A DNA stretch of 38,209 nt from Myxococcota bacterium (GCA_052034245.1 JBPOIV010000095.1:1-38209); one strand, 5' to 3'. Shown: positions 24,209-33,866, counted from the stretch's first letter. Made by a program: numbers and translations. The notes: generated by a model from the sequence alone, not told the origin.

Positions 24209-25312
24209 TTAGACGTTGAAGCGAAAGTGAATGACGTCGCCATCTTGGACCACGTATTCTTTGCCTTCCGTACGAACCTTACCCGCAGCCTTGGCCTTGG
24301 TTTCGCCTTCGTACTTGATATAATCTTCACACGAAATAACTTCAGCCTTGATAAAGCCACGTTCGAAGTCGCTGTGAATAACACCCGCTGCTTGCGGCGC
24401 TTTGCTGCCCTTTTTAAAGGTCCACGCACGTACTTCTTTCACGCCAGCGGTTAAGTAGGTACAAAGATTAAGCAAGGCATAGGCTTTTTTTATCACGCGC
24501 TCTAAGCCAGCCGATTCAATATTCAGGTCAGCCAAAAATGACTTTCGATCTTCGGGCCCCAAATCTTTTAGCTCTTCTTCGATCTTCGCGCAGATAGTTA
24601 CCACTTCATCATGACGTTCTTGGGCAAATTTTCTAAGTGCTTGCACATGACTATTGTCTTCCAATAAATCATCCTCGGAAACATTGGCGATAAACAGTGT
24701 AGGCTTACTCGTAATCAGGTGAAGCTCAGTATAAGCGGCCATCAGCTCTTCATCTTTCTCATCGAAACTAAAGGTGCGCGCCAACTTGCCTTCATTAAGA
24801 TGCGCAAGCAAGCCTTCTAAAAAGGGAGCAAGTTTTTTGGCGAGCTTATCTTGGCCGCGTGCATTTTTTTGCGCTTTATGAACTTGTTTTTCCAAGCTCT
24901 CCATATCTTTTAAAATAAGCTCGGTTTCGATGACATTCACGTCATGAAGCGGATCGATTTTTCCTTCAACATGGATAATATTTGGGTCTTCAAAGCAGCG
25001 CACCATATGACAAATGGCATCGGCTTCACGAATGTGGCTAAGGAATTTATTACCCAAGCCCTCACCTTGACTTGCACCCTTAACGAGGCCTGCAATATCA
25101 ACAAAAGAAACCACGGCGGGCACAATACGCTCGGGCTGGACAATTTTTGCCAAAGCATCAAGTCGCTCGTCCGGAACACTCACCATGCCAACATTGGGAT
25201 CGATAGTGCAAAAAGGATAATTCGCAGCCTCAGCTTTAGCGGCCGTCAAACAATTAAATAGGGTACTTTTGCCAACATTGGGTAAACCAACGATGCCGCA
25301 GGTCAAACTCAT
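24209..25312 (-). CDS. ychF: Ribosome-binding ATPase YchF (Obg-like GTPase family)
   Basis: MSLTCGIVGLPNVGKSTLFN is the canonical YchF N-terminus, so the start is 25312 rather than the track start at 25366. FVDIAGLVKGAS and the TGS-like C-terminus GFIKAEVI...RTEGKEYVVQDGDVIHFRFNV are present. Confidence 0.95.
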   Translation of the reverse strand: MSLTCGIVGLPNVGKSTLFNCLTAAKAEAANYPFCTIDPNVGMVSVPDERLDALAKIVQPERIVPAVVSFVDIAGLVKGASQGEGLGNKFLSHIREADAICHMVRCFEDPNIIHVEGKIDPLHDVNVIETELILKDMESLEKQVHKAQKNARGQDKLAKKLAPFLEGLLAHLNEGKLARTFSFDEKDEELMAAYTELHLITSKPTLFIANVSEDDLLEDNSHVQALRKFAQERHDEVVTICAKIEEELKDLGPEDRKSFLADLNIESAGLERVIKKAYALLNLCTYLTAGVKEVRAWTFKKGSKAPQAAGVIHSDFERGFIKAEVISCEDYIKYEGETKAKAAGKVRTEGKEYVVQDGDVIHFRFNV

Positions 25313-25377
25313 AAGCCTTGCTCCAAATAATAGATGCTTAATAGTGCGCTGCAGCCGTCCCCGCAAGGGCTTGGCGT

Positions 25378-25956
25378 CTATTGAATTGAGCCTTTGCTAT
25401 TGGGGATAATATTTGCCACTTTTTTAAGCTTTTTTTCTTGCCAATTATGATTGTGTTCATCCCGGCTAATCTCTTGCCGTAGCACAGAGCTTTCTTCGGC
25501 CAGAAAATCGCACAGAAGTTGATAACAAGCTCCACATTCATGCTCTACCGCCCACATGATGGCACTTTTACCCTCTGCGGATTTTATATTGATGTCTGCT
25601 CGTACAGCGGGAAGATTAAGCAAATATTTTGCTGCGGCCTGATTTTTTTTGCTTATTGCCACGATAAGCGGATTTTCTCCTGCCGCATTAAGACCGACGG
25701 GATCAGCGTTTACCAAATGAATAAGCGAAGAAAAAATTGCAAAGTTGGTTGAATGCTCAGCAAATACATGAAGGGGCCCATTACCATTCAAGCCACATTC
25801 TGCGAGATCCGTACCAAATCTCACAGATAAATTAAATACGGCCATTTCTTTACTTTGTTCTATATAATTTAAAAACTCTTTACAATGGCTATTTTCACCT
25901 ATTAAAGAAAATGAGCAAAAGCTTGCTAAGATAATGAAAATTATCGTTTTTTTCAT
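25378..25956 (-). CDS. Exported ankyrin-repeat protein
   Basis: Signal peptide MKKTIIFIILASFCSFSLIG. ANK-repeat signatures GNGPLHVFAEHS, GENPLIVAISKKNQAAAKYLL and GKSAIMWAVEHE are present. SD gaggat lies upstream of the ATG at 25956. Confidence 0.75.
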   Translation of the reverse strand: MKKTIIFIILASFCSFSLIGENSHCKEFLNYIEQSKEMAVFNLSVRFGTDLAECGLNGNGPLHVFAEHSTNFAIFSSLIHLVNADPVGLNAAGENPLIVAISKKNQAAAKYLLNLPAVRADINIKSAEGKSAIMWAVEHECGACYQLLCDFLAEESSVLRQEISRDEHNHNWQEKKLKKVANIIPNSKGSIQ

Positions 25957-26051
25957 ACAATTATCCTCAGCCCCGCATTTTTTTCGACGACTAGGTGCCT
26001 AGGTTGCGTGCCTCTTTGACAAAAACATAGAAGATGGCTAGCGTATGGGCT

Positions 26052-26189
26052 ATGAAAACCAATTTTTTATTTTGTGCTGTAATAATAAGTTGCTTCATGC
26101 AGAGCTCCTGCGTAACGGAGCCAAAGACTAATAATGAAGATTCTTTAACCTCTCAACTGGGTGAAACCACTCAAGAGACAGCGGAGTAA
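26052..26189 (+). CDS. Possible 45-aa small lipoprotein (not in the ORF track)
   Basis: Translation is MKTNFLFCAVIISCFMQSSCVTEPKTNNEDSLTSQLGETTQETAE, with lipobox-like I-I-S-C or Q-S-S-C. A strong terminator follows about 25 nt downstream. An in-frame ATG at 26034 is also possible. There is no clear SD. Confidence 0.35.
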   Translation: MKTNFLFCAVIISCFMQSSCVTEPKTNNEDSLTSQLGETTQETAE

Positions 26190-26214
26190 GGAGCAGTCAT
26201 TAAAAAACTAGAGG

Positions 26215-26237
26215 GCCAGCTAAGCTGGCTTTTTTTT
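26215..26237 (+). terminator. Rho-independent terminator, possibly bidirectional
   Basis: gccagc (26215-26220), loop taa, gctggc (26224-26229), then 8 T (26230-26237). On the minus strand the same stem follows the smc stop and is followed by cctctagtttttt. Confidence 0.7.
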
Positions 26238-26240
26238 CGC

Positions 26241-29200
26241 TTAACTTAAGATCGTATCAAGACTCAGCTGCGTGCCTTTTTTGGCAGCCACTTTTTTCGG
26301 TGGCGGCGGCGGCCCATCAATTTTTAGGCTTTCAAAAGCCTGCTGCACATGTACCGAAACTATTTTACTCGCGCCCGCATCTTCCATGGTTACGCCGTAA
26401 AGTTGGTCAGCCGATTCCATGGTTTTTCTATTGTGGGTAATTACAATAAACTGCGAAAGCTCCGACATCTCTTTAATCAGCTGACTAAAACGCGCCACAT
26501 TGGCTTCGTCAAGAGGAGCATCCACCTCATCAAGCAAACAGAAGGGAGATGGCTTGATCAAAAATATCGCCATGATTAAGCTGATGGCGGTCAGGGCTTT
26601 TTCACCACCGCTCATAAGCTCGATAGAGCCGACATTTTTTCCTGGTGGTTTGGCCTGAATATCCACGCCGCAGGTCAATAAATCCTCATCATCCGTAAGC
26701 ACCAGCTCCGCCACGCCGCCATTAAAAAGGCGCGGGAAAACTTGGGAGAATTGACGATTGATACTCGTAAAGGCTTCCATGAAGCGTATTCTTGTTGTTT
26801 TATTAATTTTCTTTATCGCGCTTTCAAGCTGCTCTAAAGCATCTTTCAAATCGCTTATTTGCGCATCAAGAAAATCTTGCCGTGCCTTAAACTCATTATA
26901 TTCATTAGCAGCATTCTCATTGACGGGACCAAATTTTTCGAGCGAACGCCTTAGTTCATCCATTTCTTTCTTCGCATGCTGCTGATCTAAAGGCACATGA
27001 TGAAAATCTGTCAGTTGGTGCGCAAGAAGCAAAGCATAGCGCTCCCAAATCTTATCAGACAGATTTTTAATATCGTTTTCAATGGTATTAATCACCAAGG
27101 CTTCTTTGCCCAAGTCGCGGTGATGTTGTTCAATTTCGCTCTTCACGCCGCCCAAGGAGCTTTCAAGCGTATATTTCTTTTCAGCCAAAGCAGCACATAT
27201 TTCGCGCAAGCCATGGAGCTGACGCTCACACTCATTTGACTCTTTATGCAAGAGCTCAATTTTTTTCAGCGTCTGTCGCTCTTTTTCTTTAAGCTTTAGC
27301 TCTTCCGATCTTTTCTCGTCTGCTTGGTTTTTTAATACCGTCATTTGAGTATCAATATGTTCATTAGAAAGACGCGCTTGAGCTGCTGCATTTAACATAC
27401 TCGTGGTCTTTTCCTGAGCACTCACCTTTTGTATTTCTATTTCTTTTAGCTCTTGCTGATAATTGTCATAATTTTGTTCACTAATGACACGCGCTTTTTT
27501 GATATTTTCAAGTTCATCTTCACGCTCTTTATGCTCATCCAAAGCCCGAGCCCAATTTTTTTGCAACTCCTGCTTTCGCTGGTCATTATTTTCTTCACTT
27601 TTCAAGAGATTCGCGAGTTTCTCTTCAAGACGAGTTTGTTCATTAATGAGACGCGCATGATCATTTTGTTTCTGGCGCAAACTCTCTTCGAGGCGAATAA
27701 TTCCTAAGGAAAGAGGCCGCAAATCTTCAAGCAGATTATGTTTTTTTGCATCAAAGTTTTTTATCTGCTCTTTAAGCTTTAACAGCACTGCATCCTGTTC
27801 GCTGCGTGTAGTTTCAAGGACGACTAATTTCTTTTCAAGTTCGGCTTGCTCATTCTTGCGCTGTAAAACGCCCTTGTTATTGGCAGCGCCATAGACGGTC
27901 GCGCGCCCATCGGGAGCCAACACCTCGCCCGTCGTGGTAACAATGAAAGCCTGCGATAATCGTGCGGCGGGCCAATGCTCCAATGCTGTATCGAAATCTT
28001 CAGCATAAAAATAGCGCGATAACTTTTGATGCAAACCAGAAAAATCTTGTGATTTTATTTGGAAAAAATCCGTTATGCATTTAAGGCCCACTGGTTTTGA
28101 CGAAGAAGCAATTTCGGCATCATCAAGCAGAAAAAAGCTCGTCGTAGAGGACTTATTTTTCTTCAGTAACAAGCTACTTTGCTTAAGCTCTTCTTTTTTG
28201 CTGAGCAAACCTGCATCAAGCAGGTGATTAAGGCATTTTTCAACGATTTCAGTATGGGCAGAAGGTACCTCCAAGGCATCCGCTACCACTGCTTTTACGA
28301 GTTTTTCCGAAGCCAAAACCGCAATACCAGAATCACTCCACTCAAGCTTATCATCGAGTTCTCGCAGAGAATTGAGCCTCGCACTCGCTTGACGAATAAT
28401 TTGTTCGGTCGCGACTAAATCACTGGCAGATTTTTTCGATTGCTCATCCAGCTCTTTAGTTGTTGAAACTATTGATTCGAGCTCGGACTTAAGCTCTTTT
28501 TCGCGCCCTAAGGCCAAATCTAGCTCATGCTTCAATACCTCGAGGCGTTGTTTTAATTCGTTTTCCTCGTGCTTCTTGTCGGTTAATTCTTGCTTCGCGT
28601 AGTCGACTGCATTTTTTCTTTGCACTTCCTGTTCGTTCAGCGCATTCAGTTCAGCCTGCATACGCGCAGCCAATGTCGCAGCGCTCAGAATCTTTGCCTG
28701 CACATCGCGCTCTTTATTTATATTTTGTTGGCGAGCCTCTGACACATCGCGGCCTTCATTTTTTTTCTCACGAAAACGCCCATCAATATCAATAAGCAGC
28801 GCCTCGGCCGTACGATGCTGTTCTACGAAGGTAGCAATGTCTTTTTCAAGCTCTTTTTGTCGCTCACCCAAATCACCAAGCTGTTGTTCTATGCGCGTGA
28901 TGAGATGATAATTATCCGCCAAAATTTGCTTAGTGTATTCGTTATCTTTGCTCAAAAGTTCTAAGGAACTTTTATGCTGAACATTTAGTTCTTCTAAAAG
29001 ACGTTTTTCATCGTGTTTTGTAGCGTATTCCGCAAATACTTTTTCGAAGCTTTGCTCTGCTGCAGCTAAGTCTTTCTCTAAATTGCTTAAATTTGCTATA
29101 AGTTTCGCGCGATTACTCTCCACAAAGTTGAGCTTCGCAAGCATTGACAAATAGTGATGAGATGAAAGATGCAAATCCAGGCGGCGATGAGACTCTTTGA

Positions 29201-29861
29201 GAGCATTAACGCGATCTAATTTTTCCTTGTCTCGAAGCAAAGTATTGACGCGCTTTTCGATTTCATTGCGAATATCAATGATGCGATCAAGATTGGTGCG
29301 TGTAGCTTCCATGCGTCTTTCAGCAGCAGCTTTTTTGGATTTATATTTGGTTATTCCCGCGGCTTCTTCAATAATTGCGCGTCGATCTTGCGGTTTCGCT
29401 GAAATAACTTCGTTTACGCGCCCTTGCTCAATGATCGAATAGGCCTTGGTACCAACACCCGTGCCCATGAAAAATTCTGAGATATCTTTAAGCCGCGCTT
29501 TTTGACGGTTTATTTCATATTCAGATTCGCCCGTTTTATAAAGCCTTCGGGTAATACTTATTTCGGTATAGTGATTGTAATCAAGGGGCGCGTCGTTATC
29601 GAGATTTTCTAAAGTAAGAGTAACCTCGGCAAAGCCCAAAGGTGCCTTTTTTTCGGAGCCGCAAAATATAATATCTTGCATGTTTCCGCCGCGCAGATGC
29701 CGCGCGTTTTGTTCGCCCATGACCCATCGCAGGGCATCAACGACATTGGATTTGCCACACCCATTAGGCCCCACAACGCCAGTAACACCGTCGCCAAAAT
29801 GTATACTTTGTCGGGTAGCAAATGACTTAAAACCAAAAATATCTAATTTTTTAACGCGCAT
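26241..29861 (-). CDS. smc: Chromosome partition protein SMC
   Basis: The N-terminus is MRVKKLDIFGFKSF...GPNGCGKSN (Walker A), followed by long coiled coils and a central hinge. The C-terminus has LSGGEK and LLDEVDAPLD (Walker B). ATG at 29861 is preferred over the GTG at 29876. Confidence 0.95.
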   Translation of the reverse strand: MRVKKLDIFGFKSFATRQSIHFGDGVTGVVGPNGCGKSNVVDALRWVMGEQNARHLRGGNMQDIIFCGSEKKAPLGFAEVTLTLENLDNDAPLDYNHYTEISITRRLYKTGESEYEINRQKARLKDISEFFMGTGVGTKAYSIIEQGRVNEVISAKPQDRRAIIEEAAGITKYKSKKAAAERRMEATRTNLDRIIDIRNEIEKRVNTLLRDKEKLDRVNALKESHRRLDLHLSSHHYLSMLAKLNFVESNRAKLIANLSNLEKDLAAAEQSFEKVFAEYATKHDEKRLLEELNVQHKSSLELLSKDNEYTKQILADNYHLITRIEQQLGDLGERQKELEKDIATFVEQHRTAEALLIDIDGRFREKKNEGRDVSEARQQNINKERDVQAKILSAATLAARMQAELNALNEQEVQRKNAVDYAKQELTDKKHEENELKQRLEVLKHELDLALGREKELKSELESIVSTTKELDEQSKKSASDLVATEQIIRQASARLNSLRELDDKLEWSDSGIAVLASEKLVKAVVADALEVPSAHTEIVEKCLNHLLDAGLLSKKEELKQSSLLLKKNKSSTTSFFLLDDAEIASSSKPVGLKCITDFFQIKSQDFSGLHQKLSRYFYAEDFDTALEHWPAARLSQAFIVTTTGEVLAPDGRATVYGAANNKGVLQRKNEQAELEKKLVVLETTRSEQDAVLLKLKEQIKNFDAKKHNLLEDLRPLSLGIIRLEESLRQKQNDHARLINEQTRLEEKLANLLKSEENNDQRKQELQKNWARALDEHKEREDELENIKKARVISEQNYDNYQQELKEIEIQKVSAQEKTTSMLNAAAQARLSNEHIDTQMTVLKNQADEKRSEELKLKEKERQTLKKIELLHKESNECERQLHGLREICAALAEKKYTLESSLGGVKSEIEQHHRDLGKEALVINTIENDIKNLSDKIWERYALLLAHQLTDFHHVPLDQQHAKKEMDELRRSLEKFGPVNENAANEYNEFKARQDFLDAQISDLKDALEQLESAIKKINKTTRIRFMEAFTSINRQFSQVFPRLFNGGVAELVLTDDEDLLTCGVDIQAKPPGKNVGSIELMSGGEKALTAISLIMAIFLIKPSPFCLLDEVDAPLDEANVARFSQLIKEMSELSQFIVITHNRKTMESADQLYGVTMEDAGASKIVSVHVQQAFESLKIDGPPPPPKKVAAKKGTQLSLDTILS

Positions 29862-29927
29862 ACGGCAAGAACTCACCTATAAGCTTTGTGACTATTCTAT
29901 ATCATTTTAGAACTAAGACACGTAAGT

Positions 29928-30725
29928 TTAGGCGTTCTTGCACAGATATTCGTCGTTTTCAATAAAACTGCTTGCTTGTTGATGATCAAGTTTCAAAGCT
30001 CGCTTCATTAATAACTTTGCTTCACGAGTTCTTTTTTGTCGCATAAGCAAAGAAGCAAGTGCCAAAATAGCCTCGACATGCTCAGGATTTAACTTGATGG
30101 CAGTGGCAAAAGCTTTTTCCGCTTCCTCAAGAAAACCTTGTTCGTTATAGCAAGCACCAAGATGATACCAGGCCGCATTATTATCTTCTTCACTTTCTAC
30201 TACTTTCAAAAGTTCCTTAATCGCTCGCACATTGTTCTCTAGAGCAATGAACGACAAGGCTAAGTGAAAGCGAATTTCTGGGTCATTATCACTTTGCATA
30301 AGTGCCGTTTCAAAATGCATAACCGCTTGGTCATGTTTGTCTTCACCCGCCAAACAAAGACCCAAGTTAAAACGTGCTTGATAAAACTCTTTATCGAGTT
30401 TGAAGGAACGTCTAAAACAGAAAGAAGCCAATTGGCTTCCATGATTTGCTAAAAAGCACCCTAAGTTGTGCAAAGCACACGGGTTATCCGGCTCTAGCGA
30501 TAAAGCTTTAGTGTAGGCGCTTAAGGCTCCTAAAAGATCCCCTTTATCAGCGTATACGGTACCGAGATTGTCATAACCTTGCACAGAATCAGGCGCACTA
30601 AGAATGGCCTTTTGAAATTCCTTGATGGCTTCATCGAGCCAACCGCGCTCAGCTAATTCAATACCGCGTGAATTATGCAGATTCGAACGGGATGTATTAT
30701 CCATTTGATCACGATTGGTTGACAT
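29928..30725 (-). CDS. TPR-repeat protein
   Basis: Several 34-aa TPR units, for example GYDNLGTVYADKGDLLGALSAYTKALSLEPDNPCA. ATG at 30725 has agaggtg 7 nt upstream and lies 13 nt after the stop of the upstream gene. The longer track start at 30776 would overlap that gene. Confidence 0.8.
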   Translation of the reverse strand: MSTNRDQMDNTSRSNLHNSRGIELAERGWLDEAIKEFQKAILSAPDSVQGYDNLGTVYADKGDLLGALSAYTKALSLEPDNPCALHNLGCFLANHGSQLASFCFRRSFKLDKEFYQARFNLGLCLAGEDKHDQAVMHFETALMQSDNDPEIRFHLALSFIALENNVRAIKELLKVVESEEDNNAAWYHLGACYNEQGFLEEAEKAFATAIKLNPEHVEAILALASLLMRQKRTREAKLLMKRALKLDHQQASSFIENDEYLCKNA

Positions 30726-30738
30726 GTTTCGCACCTCT

Positions 30739-31953
30739 TTAAAGGGCGATCCTGTCATCTTCCACTGGTTTTGCAACCACCTCGTCCAATGCTTCTGCTT
30801 TTCCTAGAGCCGAGACAAAAATCGTAATTAAAATACTCATGATTGGCACCGCTACCAAGGCCCCTACAATACCATAAAATCGCTCCCCTGCCAGCAGAGC
30901 TAATATAATTAAAACAGGGTGAATTTTTGCGGCATTACCCAGTATTTTAGGATTAAGAAAGTTTGCTTCTAATAAGTGTATAAAAGCTATCCAGAGCAGC
31001 GCAAAAAAGGCTTTTAAAGGCGAGACGGTCAAAGCCACCAAAACAATAGGCACCGTACTGATAATGCTTCCAAATATCGGAATTAGGCTGAAAACCCCAG
31101 CCAAAGTAGCTAAAATAAAGGCAAACTTTATATTTAATATTAACAAACCAATAAGAGTAAGAATTGCATTAACTAAACATATAATAAGTTGCCCACGAAC
31201 CACACCTGCTAAGCGATAGTCGACCCTATTCAAAAAACTATTGAAACGACCGCGATCCGCTGAAGGCACCATACTTAAAATGAATTTTTTTATTGAAAAA
31301 ATATCAACCAACAAAAAACCAGTTATCATTAAAATAAGCATTATCATAAATAAAAATGATATAAATTTAGCCAAAAATTGCTGAGCGCCAGCTATTATAG
31401 TTTTCGCCTCAGATTTAAGATATAAAACTATATCATTAATAGTAGTATGAAATATGCTTACGAGATCGATGGAGAAAAAATTCGTCTTATGAGGGCCGTA
31501 GGTATTGGTATCGTGTTCAATTATCGGCGAGCTTATCTCCAACGGGACCTGATAATCTCTAAAAAATTTCTCAATACTTTGCCCGAACCGATTGATGGCT
31601 TCGTCGTCAATCGAGTTTATGAAAATACTCGCATCTTTGGCTAAGCGAATCATTTCTGAATAAAGCTGCGGCAAAAAGAACACACTAAAAATGGCGATAA
31701 TCACCAAAAAACTAAGGTAGATGATCCCGACCGAAAGAGCACGCGATAAAGGCCGGCCTTTGTACTTGATACGTCCTAAGGTCGCCACCAAAGGATGAAC
31801 AACATAGGCGAGCAGGGATGCTAAAACGAAGGGCAGTAAAATAGCCCTTACAAAATAGAGGCCCAAGAATAAAGAAGCCCATAAAGCACATAGAATGGCA
31901 CGATGCCAAAAGATTTTCGACGATACATCAAGATATTTATTTTTTGGCAGCAA
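30739..31953 (-). CDS. AI-2E family transporter (PerM/UPF0118) permease
   Basis: 404 aa with about 8 TM segments. The N-terminus ILLPFVLASLLAYVVHPLV and the C-terminal block LNPKILGNAAKIHPVLIILALLAGERFYGIVGALVAVP are typical of the family. The start is a TTG at 31953, and I see no in-frame ATG near the N-terminus. Confidence 0.8.
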   Translation of the reverse strand: MLPKNKYLDVSSKIFWHRAILCALWASLFLGLYFVRAILLPFVLASLLAYVVHPLVATLGRIKYKGRPLSRALSVGIIYLSFLVIIAIFSVFFLPQLYSEMIRLAKDASIFINSIDDEAINRFGQSIEKFFRDYQVPLEISSPIIEHDTNTYGPHKTNFFSIDLVSIFHTTINDIVLYLKSEAKTIIAGAQQFLAKFISFLFMIMLILMITGFLLVDIFSIKKFILSMVPSADRGRFNSFLNRVDYRLAGVVRGQLIICLVNAILTLIGLLILNIKFAFILATLAGVFSLIPIFGSIISTVPIVLVALTVSPLKAFFALLWIAFIHLLEANFLNPKILGNAAKIHPVLIILALLAGERFYGIVGALVAVPIMSILITIFVSALGKAEALDEVVAKPVEDDRIAL

Positions 31954-32045
31954 GACTCTCTCCGCGGCCTTTACGGCGTTGCTAAAACTGTTTCACTATA
32001 GCATCTAATAAGGACTATCACTATGCCTGCTTAGGACATACTTCA

Positions 32046-32309
32046 ATGTTTAGCTTATTGAAATGGATTGTTATTTTATTGTTTATCGGCAGTATTTGGA
32101 TCGCTTATGATGTAGTGTCAGACATGCGCATCGAAGATAAACGCGCACTAAAAAAAGATGCTCTCGAGGCTATTGATGGTAATACAGAGCCGCTTAAGCA
32201 AAATTTGCAAGAAAAAATACGCTATGAAATCAAAGAAAACAAAAGCGGTATAGTATATACTATTAAACAAAAAATTCGCTCTTTCGTAGAATCCTGGGGA
32301 GAAGATTAA
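32046..32309 (+). CDS. Small single-pass membrane protein, function unknown
   Basis: 87 aa. The N-terminal TM segment is LLKWIVILLFIGSIWIAY, followed by a highly charged Lys/Glu tail. Confidence 0.4.
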   Translation: MFSLLKWIVILLFIGSIWIAYDVVSDMRIEDKRALKKDALEAIDGNTEPLKQNLQEKIRYEIKENKSGIVYTIKQKIRSFVESWGED

Positions 32310-32465
32310 ATTCCCCTCGAATTTGATGAAATAAAGCTTCCTCGCTATCGATTATTGGCTCGATTTTTAAAAAATTTAGCCCATTGGCGCTGAAAATGTG
32401 CGCTTTTGGAGAATATCTATGCTTACAAATAAGTTTTCGCTATATAAAAAAATTAAGGTAAGTAC

Positions 32466-33293
32466 ATGAGAAAAGCTTTATTAATGCCCGCCTATCTTAG
32501 CTGCTTATTTTTCGCTCTTTTTTTCTCTGCTTGTCATCGAGTAGAACTACAGGATATTTCCTCACTTCCCATTAACTATCAATTTATTAATTTAAAAAGC
32601 GCCGTTTCGCGCCGAGAAGGTATGGAGAGCCAACTTAAAAATGCTCAAGTTGAATATAAAATTATCGATGCTGTTTATGGCAAAGATCTCTCGGAAGAAG
32701 AGCTTGAAGGCTTAGTTGAGAAGGGCGTCTTTGACAAAAAGACTAAAGACAATAAAATTCTTAAGCCGGGAGAAATCGGCGTTTATCTCTCAAATATTAC
32801 TAAAGCCTTACCTAATGCTATAAACAATAACGACGCTTTGACGGTCACCTTCGAGGATGATGTGATTATTCCCACCGACCTCGAAACACAATTTAGACAA
32901 GCGCTTAAGTCCGTTCCAGCCGATTGGGATATTCTTTATCTTGGTTGTTACCAAAATTATTTTGCCACCTTCGACGGCAGAATCATTGGTCCCTATATGC
33001 CTCTTAAATTGCAGACGGCCAAAGAATATAAATATCCCTTGTGTGCAACGGGCGAGGCCTACCGCATCCAAGGAACGCCGTGGATTCAGCTAGATGGCGG
33101 CTGCATTGCAGGCCTTTATGCCTATGTTGTGCGCAAGAAATCGGCAGAAAAAATTCAAGCGATGCTCGTACCCATGCGAAAGGCCATTGATCGACGCCTT
33201 ACCGATCTTATAGGAAGGGGATCTTTGCAGGCCTACTGCCTAAATCCGGAGTTGATACGCGTGAACACAACTATTCCCTCAACCATTCGTTAG
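32466..33293 (+). CDS. Glycosyltransferase family 25 (LPS/LOS beta-glycosyltransferase-like) with a lipoprotein-type N-terminus
   Basis: INLKSAVSRREGMESQLKNAQVEYKIIDAVYGKDL and TFEDDVIIP...WDILYLG fit the GT25 (Lic2B/LgtB-like) pattern. The N-terminus MRKALLMPAYLSCLFFALFFSAC resembles a signal peptide with a lipobox. Confidence 0.75.
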   Translation: MRKALLMPAYLSCLFFALFFSACHRVELQDISSLPINYQFINLKSAVSRREGMESQLKNAQVEYKIIDAVYGKDLSEEELEGLVEKGVFDKKTKDNKILKPGEIGVYLSNITKALPNAINNNDALTVTFEDDVIIPTDLETQFRQALKSVPADWDILYLGCYQNYFATFDGRIIGPYMPLKLQTAKEYKYPLCATGEAYRIQGTPWIQLDGGCIAGLYAYVVRKKSAEKIQAMLVPMRKAIDRRLTDLIGRGSLQAYCLNPELIRVNTTIPSTIR

Positions 33294-33301
33294 GAAAAAA
33301 G

Positions 33302-33865
33302 ATGCTCACATTAACTTCTAAAGTATTTTTGATCCTCGGCATTCTTCATGTAGCGACACCCCTATCCGCAGAAATTGTTCTTAAGAATTCAGCGGGCACG
33401 ATGACCGCTAGTGGTCAGGTAACTTTTCCCATCGAATGGGATCCTGTTCGACAAACCACGATCATAGCTAACATTTCTCCTCAGTTCGGCATATTCTTAT
33501 TTAAGGGATTCGAGCTTGCTTTCCAGGCTCGTTTAAAAGGGAACATTTTAAACGAACGGCTGGATTACGGTGGCCCCTCTTCATCCTGGTATTGGGGCAT
33601 AGGAAGCAGCTTTATTTATCAATTTGACGTCGATTGGCCCGTCATCCCTTACCTCGGTTTTGGTTTTAGTTATGAAATGGCAAAATCTGATATTACGACG
33701 GCAAATGTAATGACCGATATTCCGGCTGGCGTCCTCGTTCCCCTGAACGAGTATTTAGCCCTCAGCTTTGGCATTTCCTTGCAAACTTCGCTCGTCGGAC
33801 AATTAAAAATATTCGACAAAGTGAGATTTGAGCCAGGCTGTTTTGGTTTGAAAGCATTTTTCTAA
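33302..33865 (+). CDS. Small outer-membrane beta-barrel protein (OmpX/OmpW-size)
   Basis: Signal peptide ending PLSA-E, alternating beta-strand pattern and a terminal GLKAFF with a C-terminal Phe, typical of OMPs. Confidence 0.6.
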   Translation: MLTLTSKVFLILGILHVATPLSAEIVLKNSAGTMTASGQVTFPIEWDPVRQTTIIANISPQFGIFLFKGFELAFQARLKGNILNERLDYGGPSSSWYWGIGSSFIYQFDVDWPVIPYLGFGFSYEMAKSDITTANVMTDIPAGVLVPLNEYLALSFGISLQTSLVGQLKIFDKVRFEPGCFGLKAFF

Positions 33866-33866
33866 A

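Noticed and set aside
25313-25366. N-terminal extensions implied by the ORF track for ychF. Similar cases are smc 29862-29876, ahpC 35345-35365, the TPR gene 30726-30776, the CysQ-like gene 34686-34703 and the nucleotidyltransferase 2191-2202.
   Set aside because: Internal ATGs give canonical family N-termini and/or have proper SD sequences. Several track starts are GTG or TTG, and one lies within a terminator U-tract.
26349-29910. Many 60-84-aa ORFs on the plus strand, and out-of-frame ORFs on the minus strand, inside smc
   Set aside because: They are all embedded in a confidently identified 1206-aa SMC gene. Long antisense ORFs are expected opposite Lys/Glu/Leu-rich coiled-coil coding sequence. 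The peptides are low complexity with no start signals.
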